Shown: positions 25,095 through 38,485, counted from the whole stretch's first letter. The stretch is 63,613 nt of DNA, filler included, from Octopus bimaculoides (GCF_001194135.2; 3 parts of 3 records of this genome joined end to end with filler, not necessarily neighbours in it); one strand, 5' to 3'. Translations and numbers: made by a program. Notes: generated by a model not told the origin, from the sequence alone.

Positions 25095-25310
25095 ATAATT
25101 CAAATTTACAGAAAATAAAGACAAAGACAGGTGAAGGAACAACAAGCAAGTGCATAACTTTAACGCTTGGGGTGAATGAAAAAGTCTCCGACGTTTCGAG
25201 CCTGCGCTCTTCGACAGAAAGGGCTGAGAATGGAAAAAATCAGAGAGAGGACAAAAAAACGGAGAGAGAAAAAATGTGTAGGGATTAACGGTTCAATATG
25301 ATGAAGTGGC
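25095..25310 (-). mobile_element. PLE pseudo-LTR fragment with hammerhead-like motif at 25183-25222
   Basis: Minus strand CTTT-CTGTCGA-A-GAGC-GCAG-GCTC-GAAAC-GT-C-GGAG inside a pyrimidine-rich tract. It has the same GAGC/GCTC stem II as the 20401 motif. Confidence 0.6.
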
Positions 25311-25359
<49 letters not shown>

Positions 25360-28096
25360 CCCATGCATGTTATAAAAATAAACTAAGATAGATACGATAA
25401 ATAACTCAGAAGGGCCAGTGGAAGGAATTTGAAAACAAAGACGAATAGAGGTATATTCATTAACATAGAAGATAAAATCACGTTTTATTGAAATTCTTTC
25501 CGCTTCCAGAGAAGGTAGACCAATTGCTTGAAACAGTTAGTATCAGATCCTAAAGAGAAGCGGATATACTCTCAAGAATCGAGAACTCTCCAAAACTGGC
25601 ATACTGTAAGAAAAAGTCTGAATACAAGAAGACAACCGTGGATTCATATTTCAGTTTCAGTAGACGCCAGCACATGCTATCTTAAATTCAGCAGACGGTA
25701 AGATACAAACAAAAAGTAAAATGCATGGTTGAGGTAATTTGTACAAATAAAACGAAAATGTGCGAAGGGAAATAACTCAGAGGTACAAGTGACGTGTTTG
25801 AGCAACAAGAGATGAATTAAAAGAATATTACATAATATGCGATATAAATTTTTAATATATTAAAACTATATCTGCTTCTAGAGATGATAAGCAAACTGCA
25901 CTTTGGCAACTGGTACTGATTCCAAATAAAAACGGGAAATAAACTCAAGAATAAAGAATTTTATAAAGTTGACATGCCATTACTGAAGAGGTAGCCTGGT
26001 TGTCTGAAGACAAGAGGATAGCCGTGGATTGTAACTACCACCAAGCCATTGGTCTATCTTCTTAGGAAGCAGAGATAATTTCAATAAATCGTGAATTTAT
26101 CATATATATTATTGAATATATTTCTGCTCATCTTACCTTTCTGTGTATCAATCCAAATACATACACACACAGACACGGACGCACGCACGCACGCACGCAC
26201 GCATAACATACACGTTAAAGTATATATCTATCTATCTATATATATATATATACGTACACATAAATGCATCTGTATGTACATATAAATACGCACACATATA
26301 TAACGTAAGATCTATGTGCACGCGTGTGTATATATATGTATATGCATACACACACACACATATATATATATATACATATACATATATGTATGTATGTATG
26401 TAAATATGAATAGACGTATATGTATGTATGTAATGCGTGTGCGATATGTAAGCGTACGTTTCGTGAGTAAATTTATAATGCATTTACAGTAGGCATATGT
26501 AGTATACATACAATAAAATACTTACATAGCCATATTTATATGCTAATATCTACATACCAATCTACCTAAATAACGTTGCGTGTGTGTGTGCACACTCACG
26601 TATACAGACACATACGCATACACATATATACACGCATATTTGAACATACGTACACACGCACATACACATAAAAACACACACATACACAAACAGACATACT
26701 TGCACATTTCCAGAATAAGATATAAAATAGACGTTGAAACTTAACTGCCAACATTATTCAGCTTTCTCATCCGTCAAATACAGCGAAATGCATTTGGTGA
26801 GATTTATGCGGTCAGCAGTCTATAATATATAGATATAATGCAGATATACATATTTCCATTGAGCCCAAGATAGCAATACACTCATATTAAATGTAAGTGT
26901 ATTGCAATATATCTTATTCAATAATATATTTCTGGCTTAGAATATGTAAATTTGATTTTAAGAAACAGTTCGTATCGATCAAAGAAATAAAGGTCACTTG
27001 TAGCGATTTGGATAACAAAAAAAAAGAAGAAAAAAAGCAAAAAGTGAAGAATTACACGTTAAACTTTGAGAACTCTTGTATATTTATACTGTTCCGCTTA
27101 CAAATTGTCGTTAATTGAGTGTTAGCTGATCGTCTTCTTTGCCTGGAAACCCCAACTTTTCGCGTGCACCAATAATTGTAAGCATAAATGTGAATTTATA
27201 ACTTGAGTAAATAAGCAATTGCTTCCGAAGCAATAATACGTGAAATCCTCCTTTTCAGATTCTAAAAGGTAATGTTTCCATTTGCTGAGTTGCCGATTTC
27301 TATTTCTATACCTAATTTTTCTTTTCTGCCTGTTTGTATTGCGTGGAAGCGTTAATGGAAAAGCTTCACCAATATTCCTTGTGTATGTATGAATCCAGTA
27401 GCAGGAGCATCCTCTATATTTATCTTAAGGAAGAGTTTCCTACGGATGATCTTAATCTAGCAGGATGAGCGGTACCCATGATTCTTCACATGTCTTCCAG
27501 GGTTATGGAAGAGGGGGAAGAGGGAGGGGTGAAAAGGAATTCTAAAACTGGAGGCCTGGCCTAAATGCTTGTAAGAGAGTGGTCTACGCTACAGGTAATC
27601 AATGACCGGGTGGTGTTAAGTCAGGCAGCGTATTAAATATGTCTAAGATACGACAGGATTTGAACTCCGAACGCAATTAAGTTGAACAAATATCGCAATG
27701 AATTTCCAGTAACGATCTAACGCTTCTTCCCTGAGCTATACTTTATCTATTGATCCCAGAAGAGTGAAAGGCAAAATTGACCTCGGCTAGATTTGACCTC
27801 TGAATACACCGCATTTTCATCCGACGCTTAATCGACTGGGCCACGTCCCTACCAGCATCTGCATTATACGACATTAACGATATTTAGAGGACAGTTGCTG
27901 ATCATAAGCGGAATATCTTCCACAAAAAGTGGCCTGAGCGGAGCTAAAAAGAAAGTGAACAATCGGGGTATTTGAAGAAGGCTCGTTGCTCGTTGTGCTG
28001 ATAGCTCTGAATGATCTAAGGGCTAATATATATATATATATACATACATACANNNNNNNNNNNNNNNNNNNNNNNNNNNNNNNNNNNNNNNNNNNN

Positions 28097-28108
28097 TTAA
28101 TTAATTAA
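28097..28108. other. Artificial contig-join spacer (six-frame stop TTAATTAATTAA between N runs)
   Basis: Isolated 12-mer flanked by Ns on both sides; identical at 59789-59800. Confidence 0.9.
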
Positions 28109-28162
28109 NNNNNNNNNNNNNNNNNNNNNNNNNNNNNNNNNNNNNNNNNNNNTACATATATA

Positions 28163-28194
<32 letters not shown>

Positions 28195-28197
<3 letters not shown>

Positions 28198-29200
28198 ATA
28201 CAAAATGGGATAAGAACGCAAAACATCTAGATAGTTACGTGGTACAAGAAAGGGAAACAAAACATCCAGGTAGACCAAACAAAGAAAACAAAGACAGGTC
28301 ATTCGGAGTTTTCTTTCTTCAGTTGAGATCCAGATTATCTTTCCAATTTCGGCTGGTTATTCTCGATATTGCTTCAATCCGGCCAGACCCAAGGAAAAAC
28401 TAAGCTAAGAGCATTAGATTCCTTAGAAGAAAGCAGCGAATGTACACAAAAACAAGGACGGAAAAAAAAACGAACAATGTTAAACAAATACAAGAAAAAT
28501 GAAAGTAATAACAGGACATAACAACAGATGTCTTTCGGCTAAGGACGAATTAAATTTACCCGTGTGTGTGTGGAAATGAAGGCTTACGGCAGGGATACAA
28601 GATTCCACAGGCACAGGGAGGAATATCGATGGTGCACGCACAATGGCAGGCCAAAAAAGAAAGATCAGGCATGGACGAACGTCGGTCATGTGGGAAGAGA
28701 AGAGAGAAAGGTAGAGGCAGAGGGACAAAAGAATTAAGGAGGAGCGAGAAAAAATGACAGGGACACAGTGAAGTGAAAAGTGGAGGGAAAATCGAACAAG
28801 AAGAGAAGGCAAGGAAATGTGAGCGAGAGGAGAGGGAACGAAAGACGAAGAATGGAATGAACGAATAAGGGTGAAGAGGTTGATAGAAATAGAGTCGTAC
28901 AAGATTTAGAAAAATGTATACTTACAAAGTGTACGTACGCCGCTNNNNNNNNNNNNNNNNNNNNNNNNNNNNNNNNNNNNNNNNNNNNNNNTATATATAT
29001 ATATATATATATATATGTAATGCAAAATGGGACAAGAACGCAAAACATCCAGACAGTTAGGTGATACAAGAAAGGGACAACAAAACATCCAGAGAGACGA
29101 TACAATGACAGGTCATTCGGCGTTTTCTTTCCTCAGTCTAGATCCAGATTATCTTTGCAATTTTGGTTGGTTATTCCCGATATTGCTCCGATGTGGCCAG
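28195..29200. repeat. Unclassified repeat with partial tandem duplication
   Basis: 28195-28380 is repeated with divergence at 29015-29200 (CAAAATGGGA..AGAACGCAAAACATC...GGTCATTCGG.GTTTTCTTTC.TCAGT..AGATCCAGATTATCTTT). Confidence 0.7.
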
Positions 29201-29249
29201 TATATATACATAAATAACTACATACATATATGTGTGTACGCCTGTTTGT

Positions 29250-29445
29250 GTGTTTGTATCTGAATTTGTTCCCCACACCCGATGGGCATCCAGATTTGAT
29301 GAGTTACGTCCACGCAAACAGACCGATAGAATAAGTTACAGGCTTCATAAGAAAATAAGTACTTGGATTGATTATTTCGACTATAATTCCTCAAGGTAAT
29401 ACCCCAGCATTGCTGCAGTTTAATGACGGAAACAGATAAAAGATT
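29250..29445 (+). mobile_element. SINE family B, 3' half, diverged
   Basis: CAGACCGATAGAATAAGT...CCCCAGCATTGCTGCAGTTTAATGACGGAAACAGATAAAAGA. Confidence 0.7.
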
Positions 29446-29736
29446 TCGTTTGTAAAACTTACGTTATGGTCTGTTTGCAGAATCACGTTATGTCTCTCTT
29501 CGTGGAAATTTCGTTAACATTTCGTATTTAAAAATGAAATCATTATTCCGGTTGTAGAAATACGTTATGATGTCTTTTGTAGTGTTGAGATTCTCAGTCG
29601 GGATATTTTGGATTTACAATTATGATGCATTTACGTACAAATAATGCACCATATTGCAAAAGTACGACTGTTTGTCTGTTTACAAGTCTATCTATCTATC
29701 TATCTATATGTATATCGAACACACACACACATACGC

Positions 29737-29772
<36 letters not shown>

Positions 29773-29922
29773 ATGTAGGCATGTATGTATGTACGTATAC
29801 GTATACATGTATGTGTTTCTGTAAATATGCATATGCTTGCGTGAGTTTATGAGTTTTTGTATACACATACACACACACACACACACATATATATAAAGGC
29901 AGACATGTATATATACGCATAT

Positions 29923-29977
<55 letters not shown>

Positions 29978-31849
29978 TATGTATATAAAGCATAAGATAA
30001 AGATGCCTGTAAGTGATGGAATGATAAGAACTCAGAGTTTAAGACGAGTTCACACGAAAGATAAAACACCACGTCATTCGCCATGTTCGTTGCCGGCAAA
30101 TTATCGCTGAATTTGTCAAGCCCCGGTAGGTATGATAACTTTACCCCAAAATATATGCAGAAAGATAGAGAGGGAGAGAGAAAGAGATAGAAAGGGGAAA
30201 TGATTGAGGGGTAGTGAGAAAGAAAGAGGAAGGAGGTGAGGGGAAGTGAAAGGAGAAGTAGGTAAACGCAAAATTGTAGTCAGTCGCTGTTTTACAAAAT
30301 AATGAATATATGCAAAGTAATTTTAGCACAAACAGCAATCAATAAAATAATGGATCTTTCATCAGTTGCGACGGTGCGCATTCAGTTCGTATTATATTTG
30401 CTCTTAGCGACGGAAACGGTATTATTTCAGAATAGCATCCTGTATAACTTACATAACGTGGATATACAATCCACAATTGCCAGGTTTGTTTTGGGAAAGC
30501 TTATTGTACAGATGTAAAGTTCTAAAAAGCACCGAAGTATATCAAGAACAGACGAAAAGCGTGCAACAGCGGCGGTGGTGTTGTTAAATTTTGATTCCAA
30601 TGTTTTTGCAAGGCATCACTAGCAAGCATCCCTTATTAACCAAATTCTTAGACGAATTTAGTCTCGATTGATATAGGAAAGCAGTGATTCACAAATCACT
30701 GGTGTCGCAAATAGTTAGTGGGCTGGGTGAAAATTCCTTATTAGCGACAGAAGCAGTATCAGTTCAGAATAGCCTCCCATATATCATACTTGACGTGGGT
30801 ATACTATAGAAAGTCACAAAACCGTGTCATTCATCTCGAGAAAACTTCTTGTATAGACGTATAGTACTAAAAAGTGAGAAGTTGTATCATCAGTAGACGA
30901 AATATGTCCAGTAGCGGTGATGGAATTGCTAAATCAAGATTTTTGTGTCTTTGCAGGTCATCAGTAACAAGTGTCCAGTATGAAAGGCATTTCTCTTCTA
31001 CTGATATCATGATAGTTATTGGTTGTCCTACAAGCACTTGTAAGCAGCTAATCAGGTCAGGTATCTCATCACAGATAGATGAGTTCTGTTTCTGGTACCA
31101 TGGAAACCAATACTACCTGTTTCATGGTCGAGTGGTCGGCGAGTAAAGAAGTTCCTCACCTTGAGTAACTTGATACTCTTGTATGGAATGCCACTGGTTA
31201 CCCAACAGGACTAAACGCAAGTTCTATCGAAGGATGGATGAGCTCCTTGTAAGCCAACGACCATCCGTTTGAGCAAGGCAATGGCAAACCAACCTAATAT
31301 ATCCCCAGAAAACACTATAAGGAGACCAGAACAAAGTAACATTAGGTCTTCATCCGACTGGAGACGCGATTAATCGGGCGGACTTTTGTTGTAGTGCCAT
31401 CAGCGCGCTGCAAAGGCGTACGATACATGACAACGATGACGATGACGATGACAACGACGACGACGACTACTATAATACTATAATTTAGTTTCAAATAATT
31501 AAACTGCTATAATTTAGTTTCAAATACAGGGTCTAACTTGTCTGCCATTTAATATTCATCGGTCGAATTTTCACACGTTTCGGCAACCTGGTTTGAATCT
31601 CAACAATCCAGTTGATCGAAGTGACGGTGCACGAGACACTGTGTTTTCAGGTTGTCTTGATTATAAAGTAAAGAGGTCGATTTTTATCCTCCTGTTTATA
31701 ACACTTCCACTAGAACAGTTATATCGTACCTTAAAGGGTTCTTTTGGACTAACTTTATTTTTAATTTTAAAGGACTGATGTAGGATTTCGTAATGTTTGG
31801 CCTAACAACAGTAAACTACAAAACTCCTTAGAAAGAAACAAGCACCCAT

Positions 31850-32215
31850 CGATCCATCTTCCCATTCACTCCGCTTACTATACCCGGGAAAGTCGTAGGG
31901 AATAATGTCTTTAGGCATCTCCTGGTTAGGGTCTTATCAAAATCAATTGTCATCACACTAGGTTGGATTCCCAAGCATGATCAACATTGGATATTAATCA
32001 GCCACCTCGTTCTTCGTCTAGCCTTGTTGGATCGACTTGAACAATTCAACCTGCGATTCTTTCTTGCAACGTTCTCGTAATCATGTCAAATACTCCGGAA
32101 ATGTGACATCTCAATGTGGAGAAGTAGGAGCTTGACCTGGAGAGACTGTCTTATCTTCGCGCTACGTATCCTGTCGAGTAACGTTACATCGGAGTTCCTT
32201 CTTTTCTGTATAAAA
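31850..32215 (-). mobile_element. RTE-clade LINE 3' end
   Basis: Minus strand RRNSDVTLLDRIRSAKIRQSLQVKLLLLHIEMSHFRSI*H...KARRRTRWL matches the RTE C-terminal pattern RRI.GVTL.DRIRS..IR..L.VEPLLL.IE.SQLRW.GHV...RGRPRTRW. Confidence 0.8.
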
Positions 32216-32344
32216 AACAGTAAAATGCAAACTAGAAATCAGCTACAGTGAATACGAAATGTAGGTAAGGACAATACAAGCGGAAAAGTAAAAGAGAAAC
32301 AAAGAAAATCAAAGCAGAGTTGGTGTTTTTTTTAAGTAGCAAAT

Positions 32345-33480
32345 CATTGACGAGAAAGCCCATTCTGTAGCCAATACCTCACAGACGAAATATAGCAGGA
32401 TAAAAGCTAAGATTGGCTTAAGATCTCTGGGTAAAAGTTTTAACCGCCTATGATAGATGTCTAGTAATAAACACCCAAGAAATTGATTAAAAAAATGATG
32501 TTAGTATGAAGAACAAACTTTCGAAACACATACGATGAGACAATTGACCACATCATCTCCGACGGACCGGTCCTCGTTGTGACTGAGTATATCCAGAGGC
32601 AGCCACTAGTCGGCAGCACTGTCTTCTTGACAATGACAGTGGCACTTAAGCGTTTCATTGGATGATAAGTAAAATGCACTTTTACCTAACATCGTACACT
32701 ATAACGACATGGCTACTGACATATGAGACATGCAAGTCCAAACTGACGAAAAATCTATGGAAAAACCATCTGGATATAATTATCACAAGACATATCTGTT
32801 ATCTGATAGATATCTGTGTCTGTTTTAGCGAAAATACCGGAGAGAAAAAGGTGAAGCAACTGTTAAAGGACCTGGATCTTGAGACAGGTAATTGGGCTTC
32901 GAAGTTATTCACCACAACAATAAAAGTTAGCACATTGCATACGATAAAGCTATGTGAAGAAAAACACAGGTACTCACAGGTTAACGCAGTTTGAAATATA
33001 GCCCTGTTGGATGGAAACCACAGCCTATACAAGTTCCTTCTCTCAATAACCTTCCAATCTGCAATAAACATTGAAAACATACCATATATACACAATAGAT
33101 TCAACACTATATAATATCACGCAAACACATGCCCTACGAATCAACACCTAATAAACTAATACAACGCATATTCTGCATCGTCAATAAACGACATCGTAAC
33201 ACCAGCAACTCCCACAAACTTCATTTATAACTGCTGAAATCCATTAAGATAACTGAACTCACACATAACGTATTATGCACGCACCAATCATCATTCGATA
33301 TTAAAACACATAACACCAATCACAGCATATACGAAACACAAACACTTCCCATCAAAATAAGATAACTCATACAACACATCCTCTATACAAAACACAAAAC
33401 ACCTTAATAACACCAAAAACAACAAACAAGTACTTCGCAACAACGTAAAACTAATTTAGTTTAACAATAATTTTATATTC
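32345..33480 (+). mobile_element. R4/Dong-clade LINE 3' part with C/A-rich 3' UTR, old
   Basis: ETIDHIISDGPVLVVTEYIQR (zinc knuckle region), LDIII..HICYLIDICV (restriction-like endonuclease) and NIALL. The C/A-rich tail resembles 43870-44110. Confidence 0.7.
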
Positions 33481-33613
33481 CCAAAAGATAATGCAGCCCA
33501 CACAAACACACACATACACACAGAGAGGCTCACATATATATATATACACACCTCAGTAACACGGAGCTACACCTGGTGGTGCAGGAGAAACTCGCATCGC
33601 GTTGTTGAAAAGC

Positions 33614-33642
33614 TGATGATGATGATGAGGACGATGATGATA

Positions 33643-33702
<60 letters not shown>

Positions 33703-33720
33703 GTGATGGTGGTGGTGATA
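33614..33720. repeat. (GAT)n microsatellite
   Basis: Near-perfect run. Confidence 0.95.
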
Positions 33721-34412
33721 AGGTGTATAAAAATTAATGATAATTTTAATTAAGAAAATAATAACAACAATCGGAGTTGACAAAATGAACCCATCCGTGC
33801 AAATAATCAATGTTTAGTGATGCAGAAACTTCACACCAAAAACAATGAACCGGGAATCAAAACAGGTGATGAATACATATAAACATACACACACACATTC
33901 ACAATTACATACATACACACACGCACATACACAGGTAAGTGCATGCGTATGAATGCATGAGTGCGTATATGAATATATATATATATANNNNNNNNNNNNN
34001 NNNNNNNNNNNNNNNNNNNNNNNNNNNNNNNNNNNNNNNNNNNNNNNNNNNNNNNNNNNNNNNNNNNNNNNNNNNNNNNNNNNNNNNNNNNNNNNNNNNN
34101 NNNNNNNNNNNNNNNNNNNNNNNNNNNNNNNNNNNNNNNNNNNNNNNNNNNNNNNNNNNNNNNNNNNNNNNNNNNNNNNNNNNNNNNNNNNNNNNNNNNN
34201 NNNNNNNNNNNNNNNNNNNNNNNNNNNNNNNNNNNNNNNNNNNNNNNNNNNNNNNNNNNNNNNNNNNNNNNNNNNNNNNNNNNNNNNNNNNNNNNNNNNN
34301 NNNNNNNNNNNNNNNNNNNNNNNNNNNNNNNNNNNNNNNNNNNNNNNNNNNNNNNNNNNNNNNNNNNNNNNNNNNNNNNNNNNNNNNNNNNNNNNNNNNN
34401 NNNNNNNNNNNN

Positions 34413-34560
34413 GAAGAAGAAGAAGAAGAAGAAGAAGAAGAAGAAGAAGAAGAAGAAGAAGAAGAAGAAGAAGAAGAAGAAGAAGAAGAAGAACAACAAC
34501 AACAGCAACAATAATAATAATAACAACAACAACAATAAATCACAACAACAACACCAGCTG
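34413..34560. repeat. (GAA)n grading into (AAC/AAT)n
   Basis: Compound run abutting a gap. Confidence 0.95.
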
Positions 34561-35145
34561 TGATGATGTTTTATCTTGTCCCTACCGCTCTGCAACAGTC
34601 ATGTGATAAAAAGCGTTCCATCCGTAACCATCGCTTTTATATATATTTTGGCATGTTTTATACTATGTATGTATGTATTTCTGTTTCTGCAACGGCATAA
34701 GAAATGCTATTTGGTATATTTGGTTATTATTTCTAGCAAGTTGAACTCCTACCGTCAGGTCACACCGACCGTCAATAATACTGGTGCTGGCGGAGTTTGT
34801 GGACAACGTCGTGGTCGCTCTGATGGTTGTGGTAATGGTGATCGTGATAACAGTAGTAGCAGCAGCAGTAGTAGTTGTAGTTGGTGTTGGTATTGTTGTA
34901 ATGGCCCAGACCATCACTAAAAGAATATATTAACGTGTCTATAATCATAGACATTTTCCAGCGATGGCCATCACGAATTGTCGGTTATCTGCTAATCTAC
35001 GACTTCGCTTCCGTTTGCAAACTTCTCTTCCTAATCTAAGACACGTTACGGAGCCAATATGTTACTATTTCTACCATATTAAAACTTTCCTTTGCTGTTT
35101 TGCTCCTCAAACAATAGCCTCAATAATAAGCTTCTAATAATTTTT

Positions 35146-35537
35146 GGCACAAGTCTGCCAACTTGGAGGGAGGGGGCTAATCGATTGCATCGACCCAATG
35201 TTCATCTGGTACTTTATTTTATCCACCTGGAAAGAATGAAAAGGAAATTTGAATTCAGAACGTGAAGAAGTATTTTGTCGAGCGTGGCAACAACTCTACC
35301 AGTTCGACGTGTTTTTGGGGCTTCAATAATAGCTATAGCACTCAAGGCTAGCAATTTCGGTGGAGACGGTAAGTCGATTGCATCGACCCCAGTATTCAAC
35401 AGGCACTTATTTTATCAACCCCGGAGGGATGAAAGGCTAAGTAGACCTCGGCGGAATTTGAACTCAGAACGCTAAGACAGACGAAATATCCGCTAAGCAT
35501 TTTCCCCAGCCTGCTAACGCTTCTGCTCGCTCGACAC
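35146..35537 (-). mobile_element. Two tandem SINE family A copies (35146-35310, 35345-35537)
   Basis: Each has TCGATTGCATCGACCC..TGGTACTT.TTTTATC...GAATTTGAA.TCAGAACG. Confidence 0.85.
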
Positions 35538-35684
35538 TTTGTTGGCCTCAATAATAAAAGCTATCTGTTTTCAAGAATTACACTTGCTAGAAATAAGAGC
35601 CAAAGAACTCACCATTATTTTTTACAGGTTCAAAAGGACAATGCAACATTAGATGTTTTTTTTTTTGGCTTCTTTTATCTTATA

Positions 35685-35839
35685 CCTTTTACTCGATTCA
35701 GTTATTAGACTGCAGCCAGGCTGGGGTACCGCCTTGAAGCATGGCAATTATTCTATCGAAATCTTTTGCCGAACTGCTAAATTACTGGGACAAATACCGG
35801 CTGCCAAGTAGTGGTGGGGTACAAAGATAGATAGAAAGA

Positions 35840-35908
<69 letters not shown>

Positions 35909-35962
35909 NNNNNNNNNNNNNNNNNNNNNNNNNNNNNNNNNNNNNNNNNNNNNNNNNNNCAC

Positions 35963-36000
<38 letters not shown>

Positions 36001-36168
36001 TTATATCTTCAGCGGCTTCTTTCAATTTCCGTCAACCAAATCCACTCACTAGGCTATCGCCGACTAGAGGCTGTAGTAGAAGATACTTGCCCACGGTAAA
36101 ATGCAGTGGGACTGAAACTGGAGCCATGTGATTGAGAAGCAAACTTCTTACCACACAGCCTCGCCTGC
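35685..36168 (-). mobile_element. SINE family B, full length, with internal (CA)n and gap
   Basis: Minus-strand head GCAGGCGAGGCTGTGTGGTAAGAAG...TTCAGTCCCACTG and CORE-like GGGCAAGTATCTTCTAC; the 3' half matches the other B copies. Confidence 0.85.
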
Positions 36169-36499
36169 ATTTTGAAAGTAATATTTTTATAAAATGGTGT
36201 AATGTCTACGTTTTGACTGTCTTTGCTCAAAGCTCAGCTGGACTGTGGCTGACCATCGGCTGAGCAAAATCAAACAATAACTGCTACAAGCAAACAAAAC
36301 AGCAACAAAGAATTTAAACAAAAACAATAATGGTTTAACCCTTGGCTAGCACTGATGCCTCAGACCTCTAATCTAAGGCATTCCAGACGCGACCATCCTG
36401 CTTTTAAAGCTTCGGTTGCATTGTTTGATCTATTTCTCCTTTTGGTGCGATTTGATGGAGTTTCGGCTGCTCTTTCTCAAAGGAGCTCTGGTGTTAGTC

Positions 36500-37670
36500 T
36501 AAATATGACATGATTTATCTAAGACTACACCATCTAATTTGTCCTTTCAATTTTCAGGGCAACAATGTAAGAAGTGATGAAAATTTGACTTCTCTTTCTA
36601 GCAGAACATCCGACGAAAATTCAAATATGACAGTGTATATCAAAGACTATATCATCTCATGTGTCATCCTTCCTTTTTTCATGTCAACAAGATGTAATTT
36701 GAAGATTTGACTTCTCTTTCAAGCAGGACCTTAGATGAAAGTCAGTCCAAACGTGACATAGTGTATCTAAGATTACATCATCTAATGAGTCCCTCCTTTT
36801 TCCAAGGCAACTAGGTGTAATTTGATTGAGATTTGGTTGCTATTTCTAGCATTACCTATGATGATTGACAATCTAAGTGGAATATGGTATACTTACGAGT
36901 ACGTCATGTAATGTATCCTTCAATTTTTCGAGTCAGTGAGATGTGACTCGGAAGGAAATTGGTTGTTATTTTTAGCAGAAACTATAATCGAAGAAAACAC
37001 GAATTGTGACATATGTATCGAAGATTACACCATCAAATTCGTCCTTCCTTTTTGTTTTCAAATTAGTAAAGGGAGCTACATTCAAGGACATTCCAGTCGC
37101 AGCGTAATCTAAGACTCTTTCATTCAAGATGGTTGTAATTTGACGGAGATTTAACTGTTAACTTTAGCAGAAACTATGATGAAAGAAATTCCAACGATGA
37201 CAAAAGCTTATCCGAGATTACATCATCTAACATGTATTTGTATTTTACAAGCCAGTAAGAATTATTTGAGGGAGAATTTAGCTGTTGTTTGTAGTAAAGA
37301 AAGTTAGGAGTGATTTGAGAAAGGATTTAGATGTTTCTTGCAGAGAAAGTTCGAAACAATTAGAGAGAGAATATGGCTGGGATTTGTTTTGTTTTGTTTC
37401 GCAGAGAAAGTTAGGAATGATTTTGAGAGAGAATTTATCTGTCGTTTCTTGCAGAGAAAGTTAGCAACGATTTGAGGATGTATTTAGCTGTTGTTTCTAG
37501 CAGAGAAAGATAGAAATGATCTAAAAGGGGATTGTTGCTGTTTTTGTTTGTTTTTCTTGTTTTTTCACAGAGAAATTTAGGAATGATTTGAGAGAATTTA
37601 TCTGTCGTTTCCAGCAGAGAAAAATTGGAACGTTTTGAGGGAGAATTTAGTTACTGCTTCTAGCAGAAGC
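36500..37670. repeat. Two-tier degenerate tandem array (~125-bp units, then ~50-bp units)
   Basis: Recurring AAGATTACA(C/T)CATCTAA...GTAATTTGA.GGAGATTT.GCTG.TATTTCTAGCAG units in 36500-37260, then about 8 copies of GAGAATTTAGCTGTTGTTTCTAGCAGAGAAAGTTAGGAATGATTTGA in 37260-37670. Confidence 0.8.
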
Positions 37671-38139
37671 TATGATTAAATACCAATACCAGCTTTGCTT
37701 TGACATTATATCTTGAACAACGTTCTCTACTATGTCCTTCTCACTTTGCTTCTTTTTCAAACCAATGAAATGTGATTTAGCTGTTATATCTAGCAGATCT
37801 GACGACCACAATTAAATCTCTCCCCCACCATAAGCTCCTCTGCCGCCGTTTATTGTCACGTTCTGCTATTACAGTATTTTATTTAATATAATGTCTTCAT
37901 CTGTGCAGTGTTTTATATCAACGCGAAAACACTGAATAAATATTTAAAGGAGTACAAGGCAATCACAACAACGCCACTGCCATTGCCGTCACCGCCGCCA
38001 TGGATCCCTCGCATCACCCTGGCACCGCAGAGGCACCACCCACTTCATAATGCGTTCTGTGTACATTGTTTCCAGTGTGCACATCGATGCACATCCATGG
38101 ACATCGATGCACACATGCATATACACAGAAACATCTATA

Positions 38140-38410
38140 GAGCGATTTGATTAGTGAGAACATAGAGAGAGTGAAATTGGAATGTCTAAAATAAGAGGGG
38201 GAGAGAGAAAGAGAGGAAGAGGGAGAGGGAGAGAGGGAGACAGAGGAGTGGAATGGTAGAGAGAGACGGATAGAGGAGAATATGGGGAGAGAGAGAGAGA
38301 GAGAGAGAGGGGGAGAGAGACAGAGAGAGGGAAATAAATTGAATAGAGACACAGAGAGAGAGGAAAGAATTGAAGATGAGAGACATTGACGAAGCGAGAA
38401 ACATAGAGGT

Positions 38411-38485
<75 letters not shown>

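Noticed and set aside
25380-26090. Possible ancient CR1/L2 ORF2 fragment
   Set aside because: No continuous recognisable motif; similarity is at noise level by eye.
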